Assembly: GCA_026770705.1 (NCBI GenBank)
Contig: JANJGN010000052.1
Coordinates: 1,364,001-1,428,000, forward strand
Origin: Isurus oxyrinchus
Lineage: Eukaryota
Direction: 5' to 3'
DNA: 64,000 nucleotides
This document shows, one piece after another, positions 37,201-52,200 of this stretch. The position numbers and the translations under genes were made by a program. Each line of letters opens with the position of its first letter. Positions within the stretch are counted from its first letter, which is position 1. The notes under the pieces are model-generated. The model did not search any database. It saw only the letters and a list, made by a program, of their open reading frames with translations, and was not told the DNA's origin.

Positions 37201-40200
37201 GTTACAATAACTATCTTATACTCTCATGTTCACACTAAGTACACAGTCGATGTAAACCAATAGACGACCTGTGGTCAGGGACACCACATTCTGAAAGCAA
37301 GTGGCAGAGCCCACTTGAACCAAATTCTATGTCTCATCTGTCCCCAGACGCTTGTTGCACTGTGAGCCAACCAGTCTCACTGAAAAGCTTCTTTCATATG
37401 AGGGTTTCCAATCTCCACTCTCCAAGAACTCACTTTGGAATCTTCTCCAACATGACACTTTCACTCAGGCACCTTCCACAAGGGTCCACTTTCACTATTT
37501 CAAACTCTCCTTCCCATGTTCCTGCCCCCTGGATCGCCACGTGCATTCAGCCTTCCTTCCACGCCCTGTCTCTCCAATGCTCAGCCGTGTCAATGGAACA
37601 CCATGGCTTCACATGGCCGTAGTAATGAGTCACCAACCTGTGGTGTCTCCTAGGATCTTCTGGCTTCTCACAAGCCTATTTTGCTTTAGGCCTGTGTCCT
37701 GCTGCTTTCTCCCTTTATGCTTGAAGCCTTCTTCTGCTCCTCACTCTTAACTTCACTTAACAGGGCCTTTTCCAGATTTGACTAGAAGGTTTTCTTGGGC
37801 CCTTTCTCCTGTTCCACTCGATAGTTTTGGCTTCTTCTTTACTTTGGGACTGACTATCTGTCCCGCTCCTTTGCTGCTTCTCCTGGCAACTCCTTTCAAC
37901 AGAACTGAAAGTACTTTTCTGTTTTTTTCTGTCTCTGTGGGTCCTTCCCTCTGCATCACTGTTGCTAGGCAACAGCACAGTTTCTTATGCCTTGTATTTG
38001 TTTTGACTTCCCTTCAACAGTCATAAAACCTCAATGGAATGCTGGCTTCTTTTTAACTCAAGTTCCCCCTTTTCTCAACACCCAAATACAGAAATACAAA
38101 CTAAACTTGAACTTAAAGATAGACCTTTTGCCTAACACACACAAATACACATAGAACTTACTTAAGCGAACACCAGTTCCTAAAAATCACATGACACACT
38201 TCCCCTCGAGTGATGTCATGCTGCTGTCCCTGAAAGGCATATTACAACAGTGTTATCACTTGGCAGGTGATGTGTGCCAGGCAGACCAAGTCCCTGAGAG
38301 AAACCTGGTCACACTATCATAATGATTTTGCAATTTGTATTTATTATGAGATGTGTGCACTTAATTCAGAAGCAATAACTCCACCAATACCTTTAGAGAT
38401 TTAAAACAATAAATTAACATATTTGTCATCAAAATAAAAGATTTCAAGCACATACATAATGACAATGACTGCTATCATAACTCCTAAAATTCCTAATTAA
38501 CCTGACTCCCAGTTACAGTCCCTTTAAGGCAACAGACCAAAAATAGATGTTAGATTTAAAACAAAATCAGCAAGTTAACCCAATGCCCCGGACAGTGGAA
38601 TTCCAAATGCATTGTCCCCAACTTCAGTTCTGTTGGAGAGCAGGCTTGTGCACAAACAGGGTCCTGAGGACCATGAACCAATGTAGAATGAACTTTTCCG
38701 CTTTTGTGTCCAGGATTCTCTTCCATCTGGTGTGATACCTTGTGGAGTTCATTGTGTGTCCTGTAGATGCTCCACACTGCAGCCACTGTGCCCCAGTGAT
38801 GGAGGGGGTGGATATTGAGTCTAGTGGATCAACAAAACATCCAGAGTTAAATATTGATATTTCTCTCCCCAGTTGGATTGTCACAAGAGTGGAAAGGTGA
38901 CACTCCACGAGAGGTGACAGCGCAGGAAGGTTCGTGTGTACAGATTCCATGTCATTACAGTTATCCATCAGATTTGGTAAAGAAACCACAGGTCGGAATC
39001 TGGAAAATGAGAAGATACATACAGAACAAATGGTCTAAATGGTCTATAGCCTTTCACTCCAAGGGTCACAGTCGCGAGTTATCACAGTTCCACCATCGGA
39101 CCCGGCTGTCTGGAGACCTGAAAGATGGCGACTGTTCCCTGATTATAAACAACATCAGACGGGAAGATGCAGGATCTTATTTTTTCACGATAAAATTTGG
39201 CAATGGTCCGAGACATAACGTTTCCCCTGAAACCCAGCTTCACGTTTCTGGTAAGTGCTGTGTTATAATTACTCACCAATTCACATCCAACACTCAATGG
39301 GAAATAATAGTGTTTGATTTGCTTGTTTTTTGGCCGTGTTAACCAGCGTCACTATTTTTAATGATTTGTCTATTTCTGCTCCCAGATCCATGAGCTTATT
39401 GTGTGTGATTGAATCCACATCATAGCTGTAACGTAAACCGAGCTGAGGGGTGATGACACCTCCCCCCTGAGTGAAGTGTCTCCTCCCCACTACACCTTCC
39501 ACCCCTCACACTGTCCGTGTAAACCCCCGTCCCATCTCCAGCCTCTCTTTCCCCTCCAAAGTCCTTGAACGTGTTTCCATCTCCCGAATCCGGTTCCATC
39601 TTTCCCGGAACTCCATGTTTGAATCCCTCCAATCAGGTTCCCACCCCAGCCACTGTGCTGAAACAGCTCTTATCAAGGTCACAAATGGCATCCTGTGTGA
39701 CTGTGACAAAGGTCAACTTTCCCTCCTCGTCCTTCTCGATCTGTCTGCAGCCTTTGACACGCTCGACCACACCATCCTCCTCCAACCCCTCTCCACTGTC
39801 GTCCAGCTGGGTGGGACTGCTCTCCCCTGGCTCCATTCTTATCCATCTCATCGTAGCCAGAGAATCACTTGCAATGGCTTTGCAGCATCATCTGAACAGT
39901 ATTAGTTTTCACCTGTCCACTGAGGATCCCCAGCTCTACCTCACCACCACCTCTCTCGACTCCTCCACTGCTGCTAAATTATCAGGCTGCTTATCCGACA
40001 TCCAGTACTGGATGGGCAGAAATTCCCTCCAATTAAATATTGGAAAGACTGAAGCCATTGTCTTCATTCCTCGATCCAAACTCTGTTCCCTCGCTACCAA
40101 CTCCATTCCTCTCCCTGGCAGCTCTCTGAGATTGAAGCCAATCTGTTCACAGCTTTGTTGTCCCATTTGATCCTGAGATGAGCTTCCGGCCTCATATCTG

Positions 40201-43200
40201 CGCCCTCACTAACACTGTCTATTTCCACCTCCATAACGTCGTACGACTTCACCCTGTCTCAGCTCATCTGCTGCTGAAACCCTCATCCACGCCTTCATTA
40301 CCTCCAGACTCGACTGTTCCAACACATGCTCTACACTCCATAAACTTGAGGCCATCCAAAACTGCTGACCACGTCCTTACTCACACCAAGTCCCGTTCCC
40401 TTATCACCCGCTCTGCTCGATGACCGAGACTGGCTCCTGGTCAAGCAAAGTCTCAATGTCCAAATTTTTGAATATTTTTCCTCCCTATTACAGTAATCTC
40501 CTCCTTTATCTTCATCCACGGCAACATTCCCTATCGCAGGAGCCTCCTCCAGTCCCTACAACCCTCTCTATCTCAGGAGCCTCCTCCAGTCCCTACAACC
40601 CTCCCTATCTCAGGAGCCTCCTCCAGTCCCTACAACCCTCCCTATCTCAGGAGACTCCTCCAGTCCCTACAACCCTCCTATCTCAGTACTCTCTTCCAAT
40701 CCCGAAAACCATTCCTATCACTGCAAACTCCTCCGGACCCAACACCCCTCCCTATCTCTTTAACCTCCTCAAGCCCCGATAACCCTCGCGATATTTGTAG
40801 CCTCCTCCAGTCCTAACAACCTCCACTATCTCTGCAAACTCCTCCAGACCGAATACCTCTCCCTATCTCTGTAAGCTGGTCCATCTCTTACAACCCTTCA
40901 TATTTCTGTAACCTCCTCCAGCCCACTACAACCCTCCCTATCTCTGTAACCTCCTCCAGTCCCTAAGAGTTTCCTTCATCTCTGTAACTCCTCCAGCCAT
41001 TATAACCCTCCCTATCTCTGTAGCCTCCCTCAGCCCCAGCCACACTCCATATCTATGTAACCTCGTCCTGCCCCTACAACCCTCCCTATCTCTGTAACCC
41101 CATCCTGCCCCAAAAACTCCCCCATCTCTGTAAACTCCTCCAGTCCCTGCAACCTTCCCTACCTCTGAAACCTCCACCAGCCTTTCCAACCCTCCCTACC
41201 TCTGCAATCCGTCCAGCCCCTACAACTCTTCCTATCCCTGTAAACTCCTCCTGCCCCTAAAACCGTCTCTGCCCTTGCAGCCTCCTCCAGTCCCTTCACG
41301 TTCCCCATCTCCATAAACTCCTCAAATCCCTATAGCCCTCCCTATCTCTGCAACCTCCTCCAGGTCCTACCACCCTCCCTATCTGCGTAACCTCCTCCAG
41401 TATCTACAGCCCTCCCTATCTCTGTTACCTCCTCCAGCCCCCACAAACCTCCCTATCTGTGTAACCTCCTCCAGCCCCTGATGGAAGGTGGGTCGAGCGG
41501 GTCAGTCACTTGCATGTTTATTCTGCAGCTTTAATATTTTAAGAAGGTAAGAATGTAGGAACATAAGAAATAGGGACAGGAGCAGGCCATTCGGCCCCTC
41601 CAGCCTGCTCTCACTGATCTGGTTGCGGCCTTAACTCCATTTTCCTGCCTGTCCCCCAAACCCTTGACTCCCTTGTCGATCAAAAACCTGCCTCACTCAG
41701 CCTTGAGTCTATTCAATGGCCCAGCCTCCACTGCTCTCTGGGGAAGAGAATTCCACAGGCTAGCGCCCCTCTGAGAGAGGAAATTCCTCCTCATCTCAGT
41801 CTTAGATGGGAGAGCCCTCATTCCGAAACTGTGCTCCCTGGTTCTAGATTCCCCCACGAGGGGGAAACATCCTCCCAGCATCCACCCTGTCAAGCCCCCT
41901 CGGAATCGGATATGTTTCAATAAGGTCACCCCTCATTCTTCTAAACTCCAATGGATACAGGCCCAACCTGCTCACCATTTCCTCACAGGACAAACCCTTT
42001 AATCCCAGGAATCAGCCCAGTGAACCTCCTCTGAACTGCCTCCAATGCAACTCTATCCCTCCCTAAGTAAGGAGACCAGAACTGTACACACTGCTCCTGA
42101 TACAATCTCACCAACGCCCTGTGCAGCTGCTGCAAGACTTCCCTCCTTTTATACCCCATCCCTTTGCAATAAAGGCCAACATTCCACTTGCCTTCCTCAT
42201 TCCGTGGTGTTCCTGAATGCTGACTTTCTGTGATTCATGTACAAGGACACCCAGATCCCTCTGTACTGCATTCTGCAGCCTGTCTCCATTTAAATAATAT
42301 CCTGTTTTTCTATTCTTCCTGCCAAAATAATTTGTTGCCATTCTCCTCAGTATTGACCATCCCCCCAATTCAGCCTCATCAGTAAATTTTGAGTCTAGTG
42401 GATCCACAAACCATCCAGAGTTAAATATTGAGATTTCTCTCCCCAGATAAACCCTCACAAGAGTGGAAAGGTGACAGTCCACGAGAGGTGACAGCACAGG
42501 AAGGTTCGTGTGTACAGATTCCATGTCATTACAGTTATCCATTGTGTCCGGAAAACCAACCGCGAGGTGGAGTCTGGTTTAATAATGAGAAACAGATTCC
42601 CTGGGCTCCCATTGCCTTTCACTCCAAGGATCACAGTCACGAGTTACCACGGTTCCACCATCGGACCCGGCTGTCTGGAGACCTGAAAGATGGCGACTGT
42701 TCCCTGATTATAAACAACATCAGACGGGAAGATGCAGGACCTTATTTTTTCAGAATAGAATTTGACAATGGTCCGAGCCATAACTATTACCCTGTAACCC
42801 AGCTTCACGTTTCTGGTAAGTGCTGTGTTATAATTACTCACCAATTCACATTCAACACTCAATGGGAAATAACACAAACTGTGACGTTTACATATTAACA
42901 CAAAACACAGCTAATTATAACACGCTGTCTGATTCTCAATAACCTGGTGATAGCTTCCAGTTCAGTCCTAAAACAACCTCTAATACTCTCTTTAATATCA
43001 ATGATTAAATGTATTGACTGTGTCCATCAGTGTTATCAGGTTATCCACTTACATCAATCTCCCTAATCCTGTTTAAAATTCTTACATATCAACAAAAGAA
43101 AGATTTGCATTTCTATAGCGCCTTTCACCACCTCTGGACATCGCAAATGGATTCACAACCATTGAAATAATTCTTGAAATGTAGCCCTTGTTGTAATATA

Positions 43201-46200
43201 GGAAACACAGCAGCCAATTTGTGCACAGGAAGCTCCCAGAAACAGCAATGTGATCAATAACCTGATCATCTGCTTTAAATGCCGGTTCAGTGATTGGTTC
43301 AAATGGATTCTCTCCTGCTGGGAACTGGATAGAATTTAAATCTGGCAGATTTCGGAGAAAGTAACAAGCCAGTGTGTCAGGAACTGTGAGCTGATCCCCC
43401 ACCCTCACCCGGGATTGTCAATTCAATTGTCTCAAAGTGGAAGTGAATTCATCTGAGTGACAGAAACTCCACTAAGTCTGAAAATAGGAAAGTCTCTCCT
43501 GATCGTTGTAATCTCTCAGTTCTGATATCATCCTTGTAAAAGTGCTTTTTCTTGTGGGACTGTGATTTCTATTTGAACTGATGCTTCACGTTATATTTCT
43601 CTAAAAGGATCCATTCTCTGTCTGTTAGATTTCACAGATAAACCCATGATATTCCCTGCTGAAATTATTGCAGGGAAGCGTGTGGATGTAAGCTGCACCT
43701 TCAACACAACGTGCAATGGAACAGCAGCACCTGTCTTAACCTGGGACACTCCCACTGACGTACCTGGATCAGTCTCAAACACTGTAACTCAGCATGGTGT
43801 CACTCTGACCTATACTTCTGTTCTGACCCTGATCCCATCACTCAAACACCACGGACACACTCTCAGCTGCAGAGTGAGATATCCATCTGTTTCATCGGAG
43901 CGGACCCTCGTATTAACTGTACAAGGTAAGTACTGAAACCCTTGATTCTATATTAGCTGTAATAGGTTACAATGTGCAGAGCAAGATCCCACAAACATCA
44001 CTGGGTTGAAGACAAAACAGGTCCTTTTTTATTAGCGATATTGACCAGGGAGAGCTCTTCCTGTATTGAGCCTTGGGATTGTTTATGCCTACCTGATAGG
44101 GCAGAGGGGGCCAATGTTGAACTTAAAAGACAATATAGGATAATATAAATATTGTCTTCATTGATGTCAAAGATTTTGGGGGAGATGTAGTATAAAAGTT
44201 TAATATTAACAATGTAAATAGATAGTATTTATCATCAGTTACTCAAGGTCACATGAGAATAGAACACGGAGAGAGATAGTTCTATAGATACCTAGGTACA
44301 TAGAAACTAGGAGCAGGATTAGGACATTCAGCCCTTCAAGCCTTCTCCGCCATTCAATATGATCATGGCTGACCCTCTATCTCAAAGCCTTATTCCCGCT
44401 TTCTCTCCGTACCCTTTGATGCCCCTAATATCAAAATATTTATCAGTTTCTTTCTTGAATACACTCAGTGACCCGGCCTCCACAGCCTCTGTGATGGAGA
44501 ATTCCACAGATTGACCACCCTCTGAGTGAAGAAATGTTTCCCTATCTCAGTCCAAAATGGCCTGCCCTGTATCCTGAGATTGTGGCTCTTGGTTTTAGAC
44601 TCCCCAACCAAGGGATGCATCCTCCCTCCATCCAGTCTGTCTATCTCTGTTAGAATTTCTTACGTTTATTCAGGTCTCCTCTCATTCTTCTAAACTCTAG
44701 TGAATACAGACCCAGTCGTACCAATTCTCCTCATACGACAGTCCTGCCTCCCCTGGTATCAGCCTAGAGAACCTTCTCTGCACTCTCTCGACGGCAAGTC
44801 TATCCTTTTTTAGGGAGGGAGACCAAAACGGCACGTAGTACCCCATGTGCAGTCTCACCAAGACCTTGTATAACTGCAGTAAGACATCCCTACTCCTGAA
44901 CACAAATCCTCTTGCAATGAAGGACAACATACCATTTGCCTTCCGAATTACTTGCTGCACCTGCCTGTTTACTTTCATTGGCTAGTGCACAAGGACACCC
45001 AGATCCCTTTATACATCCACATTTCCCATTATATCACCATTTAAATAATACTCTGCCTTTCTGTTTTTCACACCAAAGCCTACAATGTCACATTCATCCA
45101 CATCATCTGCCATGTGTTTGCCCACACACACAACTTGTCTAAATCGCCTTGAAGCCTCTTTACATCCTCCTCACAGCTCACACCCTTACCCAGCGTTGTG
45201 TCATCAGAAAACCTGGAAATATTGCACTTGGCTCCTTCACCCAAGTCATTTAAATATATCGTGAATAGTTAGGTCCCAAGCACGGATCGCTGTGGTACAC
45301 CACTAGTCACCGCCTGCCACTCAGATAAAGACTAATTTATTCTGACCCTCTGTTTCCTGTCTGTCGACCAATTCTCAATCCATGCCAGTAAATTACCCCC
45401 AATCCCATGGGCTTTAATGTTGCGCACTAGCCTCATGTAGGACCTTATCAAAAGCCTTCTTGAAATCTAAAAACACCACATCCACTGGTTATCCCTTATC
45501 TATTCCACAAGTTACATCCTCAAAATCTCCAGTAGATTAGTTAAGCATGATTTTCCTTTCATTAACCCATGCTGACTTTGTCTAATCCCATTAATGCTTT
45601 CCAAGCGTTCCGTTAGCACACCTTATATAATAGGCTCTAGCGTTTTCCCCATGTTAGACTAACTGGTCTGTAATTCTCTGATTTTTCTCTCCCTTCTATT
45701 TTAAATAGTGGAGTTACAATTGCCACCCTCGAATCTATAGGAACTGCTCCAGAGCCTATAGAATTTTGGAGGATGACCACCAGTGCTTCCAATATTTCCA
45801 GGGTCACTTCCGTTAGTCTCCGGGATGTAGATTTTCAGGCCCTGGGGACTGTTCAACCTTTAACCCATTAATTTCTCCAGCTCCATTTTTTAAAACTAAT
45901 CCTGATTATCTTCAATTCCTCCCTCTCACTAGACACTTGGTTCCCTAACATTCCTGGGAAATTATTTGTGTCCTCTTTTGTGAAGACAGAACCAAAATAT
46001 ATGTTCAGTTCTTCTGCCATTTCTTTGTTTCTCATTAGAATTTCCCCCATTTCTGACTGCAAGGAACCTACATCGGTCACTGCTAATCTTTCTCTCTTCA
46101 CATATTTATAGAAGCTTTTACAGTTGGTTTTTACGTTCCCTGCAAGTTTAATCCCATGTTCCATTTTCCCCTTCTTGATCAATCTTTTTGTCCACTTTTG

Positions 46201-49200
46201 CTGAATTCTAAACTGCTCCCAATCCTCAGCATTGCTGCTTCCCCTGGCAATTTTATGTCTCCTCTCTGGATCTAATACTATCCCTAATTTCTTTTGTAAG
46301 CCCTGGTTGAGCACCATTTCCTGATTTATTTTTACGCCAGACAGAAATGGATAATTGTTGTAGCAAATGCTTCAGCCTTATCTTTTGCCCTGATGTGCTG
46401 GGCTCCCCCTTCATTGAGAATGGGGATATTTGTGGATTCCCCTCCTCCAGTGAGTTAATTGTCCGTTACCATTGGATACGAGCATTAGTGGACTGTATTA
46501 GACCATTATCGAAAATGAAAGCTGGACTCCAGTATGGCCTCACTATGATGGATATGACAACTCGATTTCCAGAGACCATCCCTTTAGGAACAATTACAGC
46601 TAAAGTAGTAATAGGGAAGTTAACCCAATTTTTTACCCATTATGGATTACCGCTGGAGATCCAGTCAGATCAAGGTTCCATCTCTATGTCTTAAAATTTT
46701 CCGAACATAATGAGTAATTTGGGTATAAAACAGTTAAAGTCCACAGCATATCATCCATAGACACAGGGATCTTTAGAGAGGGACCAACAAACCCTCAAAA
46801 CAATGATTGAAGCTATTGTCATGATCTCCCCATGACTGGGACAAAGGACTGGATTTCTTGTATTTCCCACATGAGATTCACCAACTGAATCGGCAGGTTT
46901 TAGTCTTTTTGGAATAACTTATGGACACGAGATAAGAGGCTGTTTGAAATACATCAAAGAAAGATATTCCGGACAGAGGGATGAATCCTCTATTTCAGAT
47001 GATGTGTCCATGTTTCAGGAACGGCTCATGGGAGCCTCCAAAGTGGCACAAGAACATCTTATAGTTTCTCAAACAGAAATGAAGGAATGGGGCAGACAGG
47101 CAAGCTGTGACCCGAACATCACAACCAGGGGGATGACGTGTTAGTATCATTGCCTTGGCAGGGGGAGCCTCTGAAAGCGCGGTTCAGTGGTCTCCACAAG
47201 GTAATTAGGAGGGTTGGTCAAGTAAATTATTTGATAGACACCCCAGATTGTAGAATAAAGAATCGGCTGTGACACATCAATATGTTAAAACGATACCATC
47301 GTAGGGAGGGAGGTAAAAAGGAGCAGGTATTTCATTTCCAACCAGATTCTGCATAGATTACAGAAAGGTTAATGCAGCAATAAAACCAGATTCCTACCCA
47401 ATCCCCCGTTTAGAAGATGGTATTGACGAGGTTGGCAGTGCCATGTTCCTTACTGAGATAAATTTGTTGGTAGTGGGGGGTGTTCGTGACCATCAGTGTG
47501 GAAGGGTTAGGTTTACAGGTTACACAGACCAGACACACACCAACAGACACACACACACATGTAAGCACGCACATTCACACGCACACGCGCACACACACAA
47601 CACACACACGCACACACACACACGCACACACACACACACACACACACGTAAGCACGCACATNNNNNNNNNNNNNNNNNNNNNNNNNNNNNNNNNNNNNNN
47701 NNNNNNNNNNNNNNNNNNNNNNNNNNNNNNNNNNNNNNNNNNNNNNNNNNNNNNNNNNNNNNNNNNNNNNNNNNNNNNNNNNNNNNNNNNNNNNNNNNNN
47801 NNNNNNNNNNNNNNNNNNNNNNNNNNNNNNNNNNNNNNNNNNNNNNNNNNNNNNNNNNNNNNNNNNNNNNNNNNNNNNNNNNNNNNNNNNNNNNNNNNNN
47901 NNNNNNNNNNNNNNNCACTCAGTGCTGCACTGGAGTCTCGGTGTCAGCTCCGATTCTGTGTTGAAGGAAGGTAAACTCCGGATCAACAAGACCCTGAATT
48001 GGATGGAGCAACCTCCTTAACAGAGAATTGTAGATTTACCCCTCAGTGCTCCATCGATCAAATATAATTCATTGCCTGTCAAGCCCTTGGGGACATCCTG
48101 AGGATGTGAAAGGCAGTTTCTTTAAATCTGGATGGGCAGCGTCTCTGGTGGGAGAATGCTCCTGCAGTGTGACAGTTTACATAGGCAGTGCCCATTGTAA
48201 ATGTGACATAGGAACTTATCTTGAGAGAAGGTGCCTAGAAATGCACACAGGCATCAGTTACAGCGAGATGATACAGGAAGTTTTGCTGTGCACTGTGTTT
48301 GCTCACATTAAAATCTTTATATATTTTTAGATGCACCACAGAATCTCTCAATTACTTCTCTTGATATGATTAACGCTTCATCGATCAATATAATTGCGGG
48401 GAATTCTGCAGTGATAATCTGCTCTGTCGAGAGCTTCCCAGCTTCTAACCTGACGTGGCGACATCTTAATGTCCCAATGAACAGAACAAGTTCCAACAAT
48501 GAGCTGTGGTTGGTGATTCCTCACGTTACATCCAGGGACACAGGAGATTATCAGTGTGTGGCAGAGAATGAACATGGAGCAGTGGAGGGGTTCATAACCA
48601 TCACTGTGGAATGTGAGTGTGGAGATACATTTGTTTGTTTGTTGTCTCCGTGGTCTCCGTGGAGCCATTGGGATCGTGTTGTTTTTAATCCAGTTTTCTT
48701 CAATCCTCGCTCAGTCCACGTTATCCACACATCCAATTTTTCCTCTCCCTTTCTGTTTTTGGTCTCAGTTTCTCCTTCAATGGTTGTGAGGACAAGGCTG
48801 TCAGGTCTTCGTTTCCAATCTCCGTACTTGACGACCTTTCTCTCTCTAACTGTCCTGAACAACCCTTTTAATGGCTGAACGTCTCCTCTTGATCTAAGCC
48901 ACTCATTGGTCTTTCTGTCCATCCAGCTGATTCTGAGCATCTGGCAGCATCTGTGGAGAGAAAGACAGGGTTAGCGTTTGGAGTCCGTAAGACTCCTCTT
49001 CAGAGCTAAAGGGAAGTAGACATGTGGTGAAATATATCCTGTCTAAGGGGGGGCGATGGGACAGGTGGAGCTGGATAGAAAACCAGCGATAGGTGGAGGC
49101 AATGGAGAGATTGTGAAAAATGTCATAAACAAAAGGTCAAAGGGTTGTTAACAGTGGTGGTATTGGATAAAGGAGGTGCTAATGGTGACATTAAGCAGAG

Positions 49201-52200
49201 TGTGATAATGGGCGGACCAGGGTAAGCACTCTGGAAAGAGACAGATGGCCCTCGTGGGGGTGTGGCAGGGGGGAGGGGACGGTGGAGGGAATAAAGATCG
49301 AAAATAGACTAAAATCTGCGGATAAAACAATCAATAAAAATGGAAATGAATTTCAAATAATAATAATAAAAATAAGTGGAAAACAGTTAACAAAAAAAAC
49401 AATTAAAATGAATACATTAAAAAAGGGCTCAAAAAGCAGTGAAGATCGAGGAGAGAGTTCATGATCTGAAATTGTTGAATTCAATATTCAGTCGGGAAGG
49501 CTGTAAAGTGCCAGGTCGGAAGATGAGGTGTTGTTCCTCCAGTTTGTGTTGGGCTTCACTGGAACAATGCAGCAGGCCAAGGACGGACATGTGGGCATGA
49601 GAGCAGGGTGGGGTGTTAAAATGGCAAGCGACAGGGAGGTCTAGGTCGTTCTTGCAGACAGACTGAAGGTGTTCATCAGAGCGATCACCCAGTCTGTGTT
49701 TGGTGTCTCCAATGTAGAGGAGACCACATTGGGAGCATTGAATGCAGTAGATTAAATTGAAGGAAGTCTGCGTGAAGCGCTGCTTCACCTGGAAGGAGTG
49801 TTTGGGTCATTGGACAGTGAGGGGGGAGGAAGTAAAGGGGCAGGTGTTGCACCTTCTGTAAATACATGGGAAGATGTCATCGGAGAGGGTTGAGGTGCTA
49901 GGGGTGATGGAGGAGTGGACCAGGGTGTCCTGGAGGGAATGATCCCTGTGGAATGCCAACGGGGTGGGGGTGAAGGGAAGATGCTTTTGATGGTGGTCAG
50001 ATTTTGTCCAAAGGAGGTGAGAAATGAGGGAGGGAATTCCAGAGGTTAGGATCCAGGCAGCTGAAGGCACGGCTGCCAATGGTGGAGCGATAGGAATCGG
50101 GGGAAGGTCAAGAGGCTGGAATTGGAGGTGCATCGAGATCTCGGAGGGTTGTAGAGGCTGGAGGAGTTTACAGAGATAAGGAAGGTTGTAGGGGCTGGAG
50201 GAGGTTACAGAGATAGGGAGGGTTGTAGGGGCTGGAGGAGGTTACAGAGATAGGGAGTGTTGTAGGGGCTGGATGAGGTTACAGAGATAGTGAGTGTTGA
50301 AGGGTCTGGAGGAGGTTACAGAGATAGGGAGGGTTGTAGAGGCTGGAGGAGTTTACAGAGATAGGGAGGGTTGTGGGGGCTGGAGGAGGTAACAGAGTTA
50401 GGGAGGGTTGTGGGGGCTGGAGGAGGTTACAGAGATAGAGAGGGTTGTGGGGGCTGGAGGAGGTTACATAGATAGGGAGGGGTGTAGGGATGGAAGGTGG
50501 TTGCGGAGTTAGCGAGTTTTATAGGGGCTGTAGGAGGTTACAGGGATAGGGACGGTTGTGGGGGTTGGAGGAGGTTACAGAGATAGGGAGGGTTATAGGT
50601 GCTGAAGGAGGTAACAGAGATAGGAAGGGTTATAGGGGCTGGAGGAGGTAACAGAGATAGGGAGGGGGTAAGGAGGGATTTGAAACGATGTGAATTTTAA
50701 AATTGTGGCATTGTCGGACCGGGAGCCAGTGTAGCTCAGTGACCAACAGGGAGTAATATGTGAACAGGACTCGGTGTGAGTTAGGACATGGGGACAGCAG
50801 AGTTTAGGATGAGCTGATGTTTATGGAGAGTGGAAGATGGGAAGTCGGGCAGGAGAGTGTTGGGATAGTTGAGTGCAGAGGTAACAAAGGCAGGAATGAG
50901 TGTTTCAGTGTGAAGATTCCATCTTACGCTCTAACTTTGCTATGACGTTGTCTCATTGTTGTCCTTACCTCCTCAGATAAGCCGGAGATTTCCCAGCAGT
51001 CGGAGTGCACTCGGAGATCAGAGGGGGTCACCTGCGTCTGTGTGACCACCTCCAACCCACCGGGAGACCTCACCTGGCACCTGCCCAGTGCCAACATCAG
51101 TGGTAACCAAACACACGGAGATTTTGTGTCGTGGCAGGTCAGAGATGGGCATCTGGTGACTGGTTCCCTCACCCTGATGAGACCTCAGGATGAGGGGGGA
51201 GTGATTGCATCCTGCTCGGTTCAAAACCCACATGGGGAAGCCATGTTCAAGGTGTATCTGTGGGTCAAAGGTGAGAGACTCGCTCAGGATCGATCTCCAC
51301 TCAGCTGGATTGATCCCTAAACTCGAGAATTCCCTCCCTCAACCTCTCCACCTCTCTCTCTACCTCCTCTAAGATGCTGTGTACAACTTCCCCCTTTGAC
51401 CAAGCTTTGAATCACCTGACCTCATGTGACAATGGCAACACTTGGTCAAATTGGAGCCAGGCCGTTCAGGGGGTGATGTCAGGAAGCACTTCTTCACACA
51501 AAGGGGAGTGGAAATCTGGAACCCTCTCCCCCAGATAAGCTGCTTCATTGGGTGCAAGACAGAAAGCTTTGACAAAATGTCCTTTCTCAGCAATACTCAG
51601 GTTCTCCTCCCAAACGACGAAATATTATATATAAACATTACATAGATTACATCGAGAAACATTATATATAAATATTACATAGATTACATCGAGAAATATT
51701 ATATATAAATATTACATAGATTACATTGATAAATATTATATATAAATATTACATAGATTACATCGAGAAAAATTATATATAAATGTTACATATATTACAT
51801 TGCTAAATATTATACATTAATGTTATAGGGATCACATTGATAAATATATATAAATGTTAAATTGATTACATCGAAATGCAAGACTCGATAACCAATGAAG
51901 CAGTTTCGAAGTGAGCTCACTGTTGTCATGTAGGAAACGCAACAGTTGATTTGTACACAGCAAGATCCCACAAACAACAGCGTGAAATTGAGGTGATAAT
52001 TGATTATTTTAGTGAGGTTATTTGATACATATATATATAGAAATTACATATATAATGTGGGTCACTAATGACCCTTAAGGGAGGGAAACCTGTCCATTTT
52101 AACAGGTCTGGGTGTATATGTGACTCCAGTCTCAGACACCATCATGGTTAACTCTTACCTGCCCTCTGAACTGGTCTCCCAGTTTGGGACAAGCCAGTGG

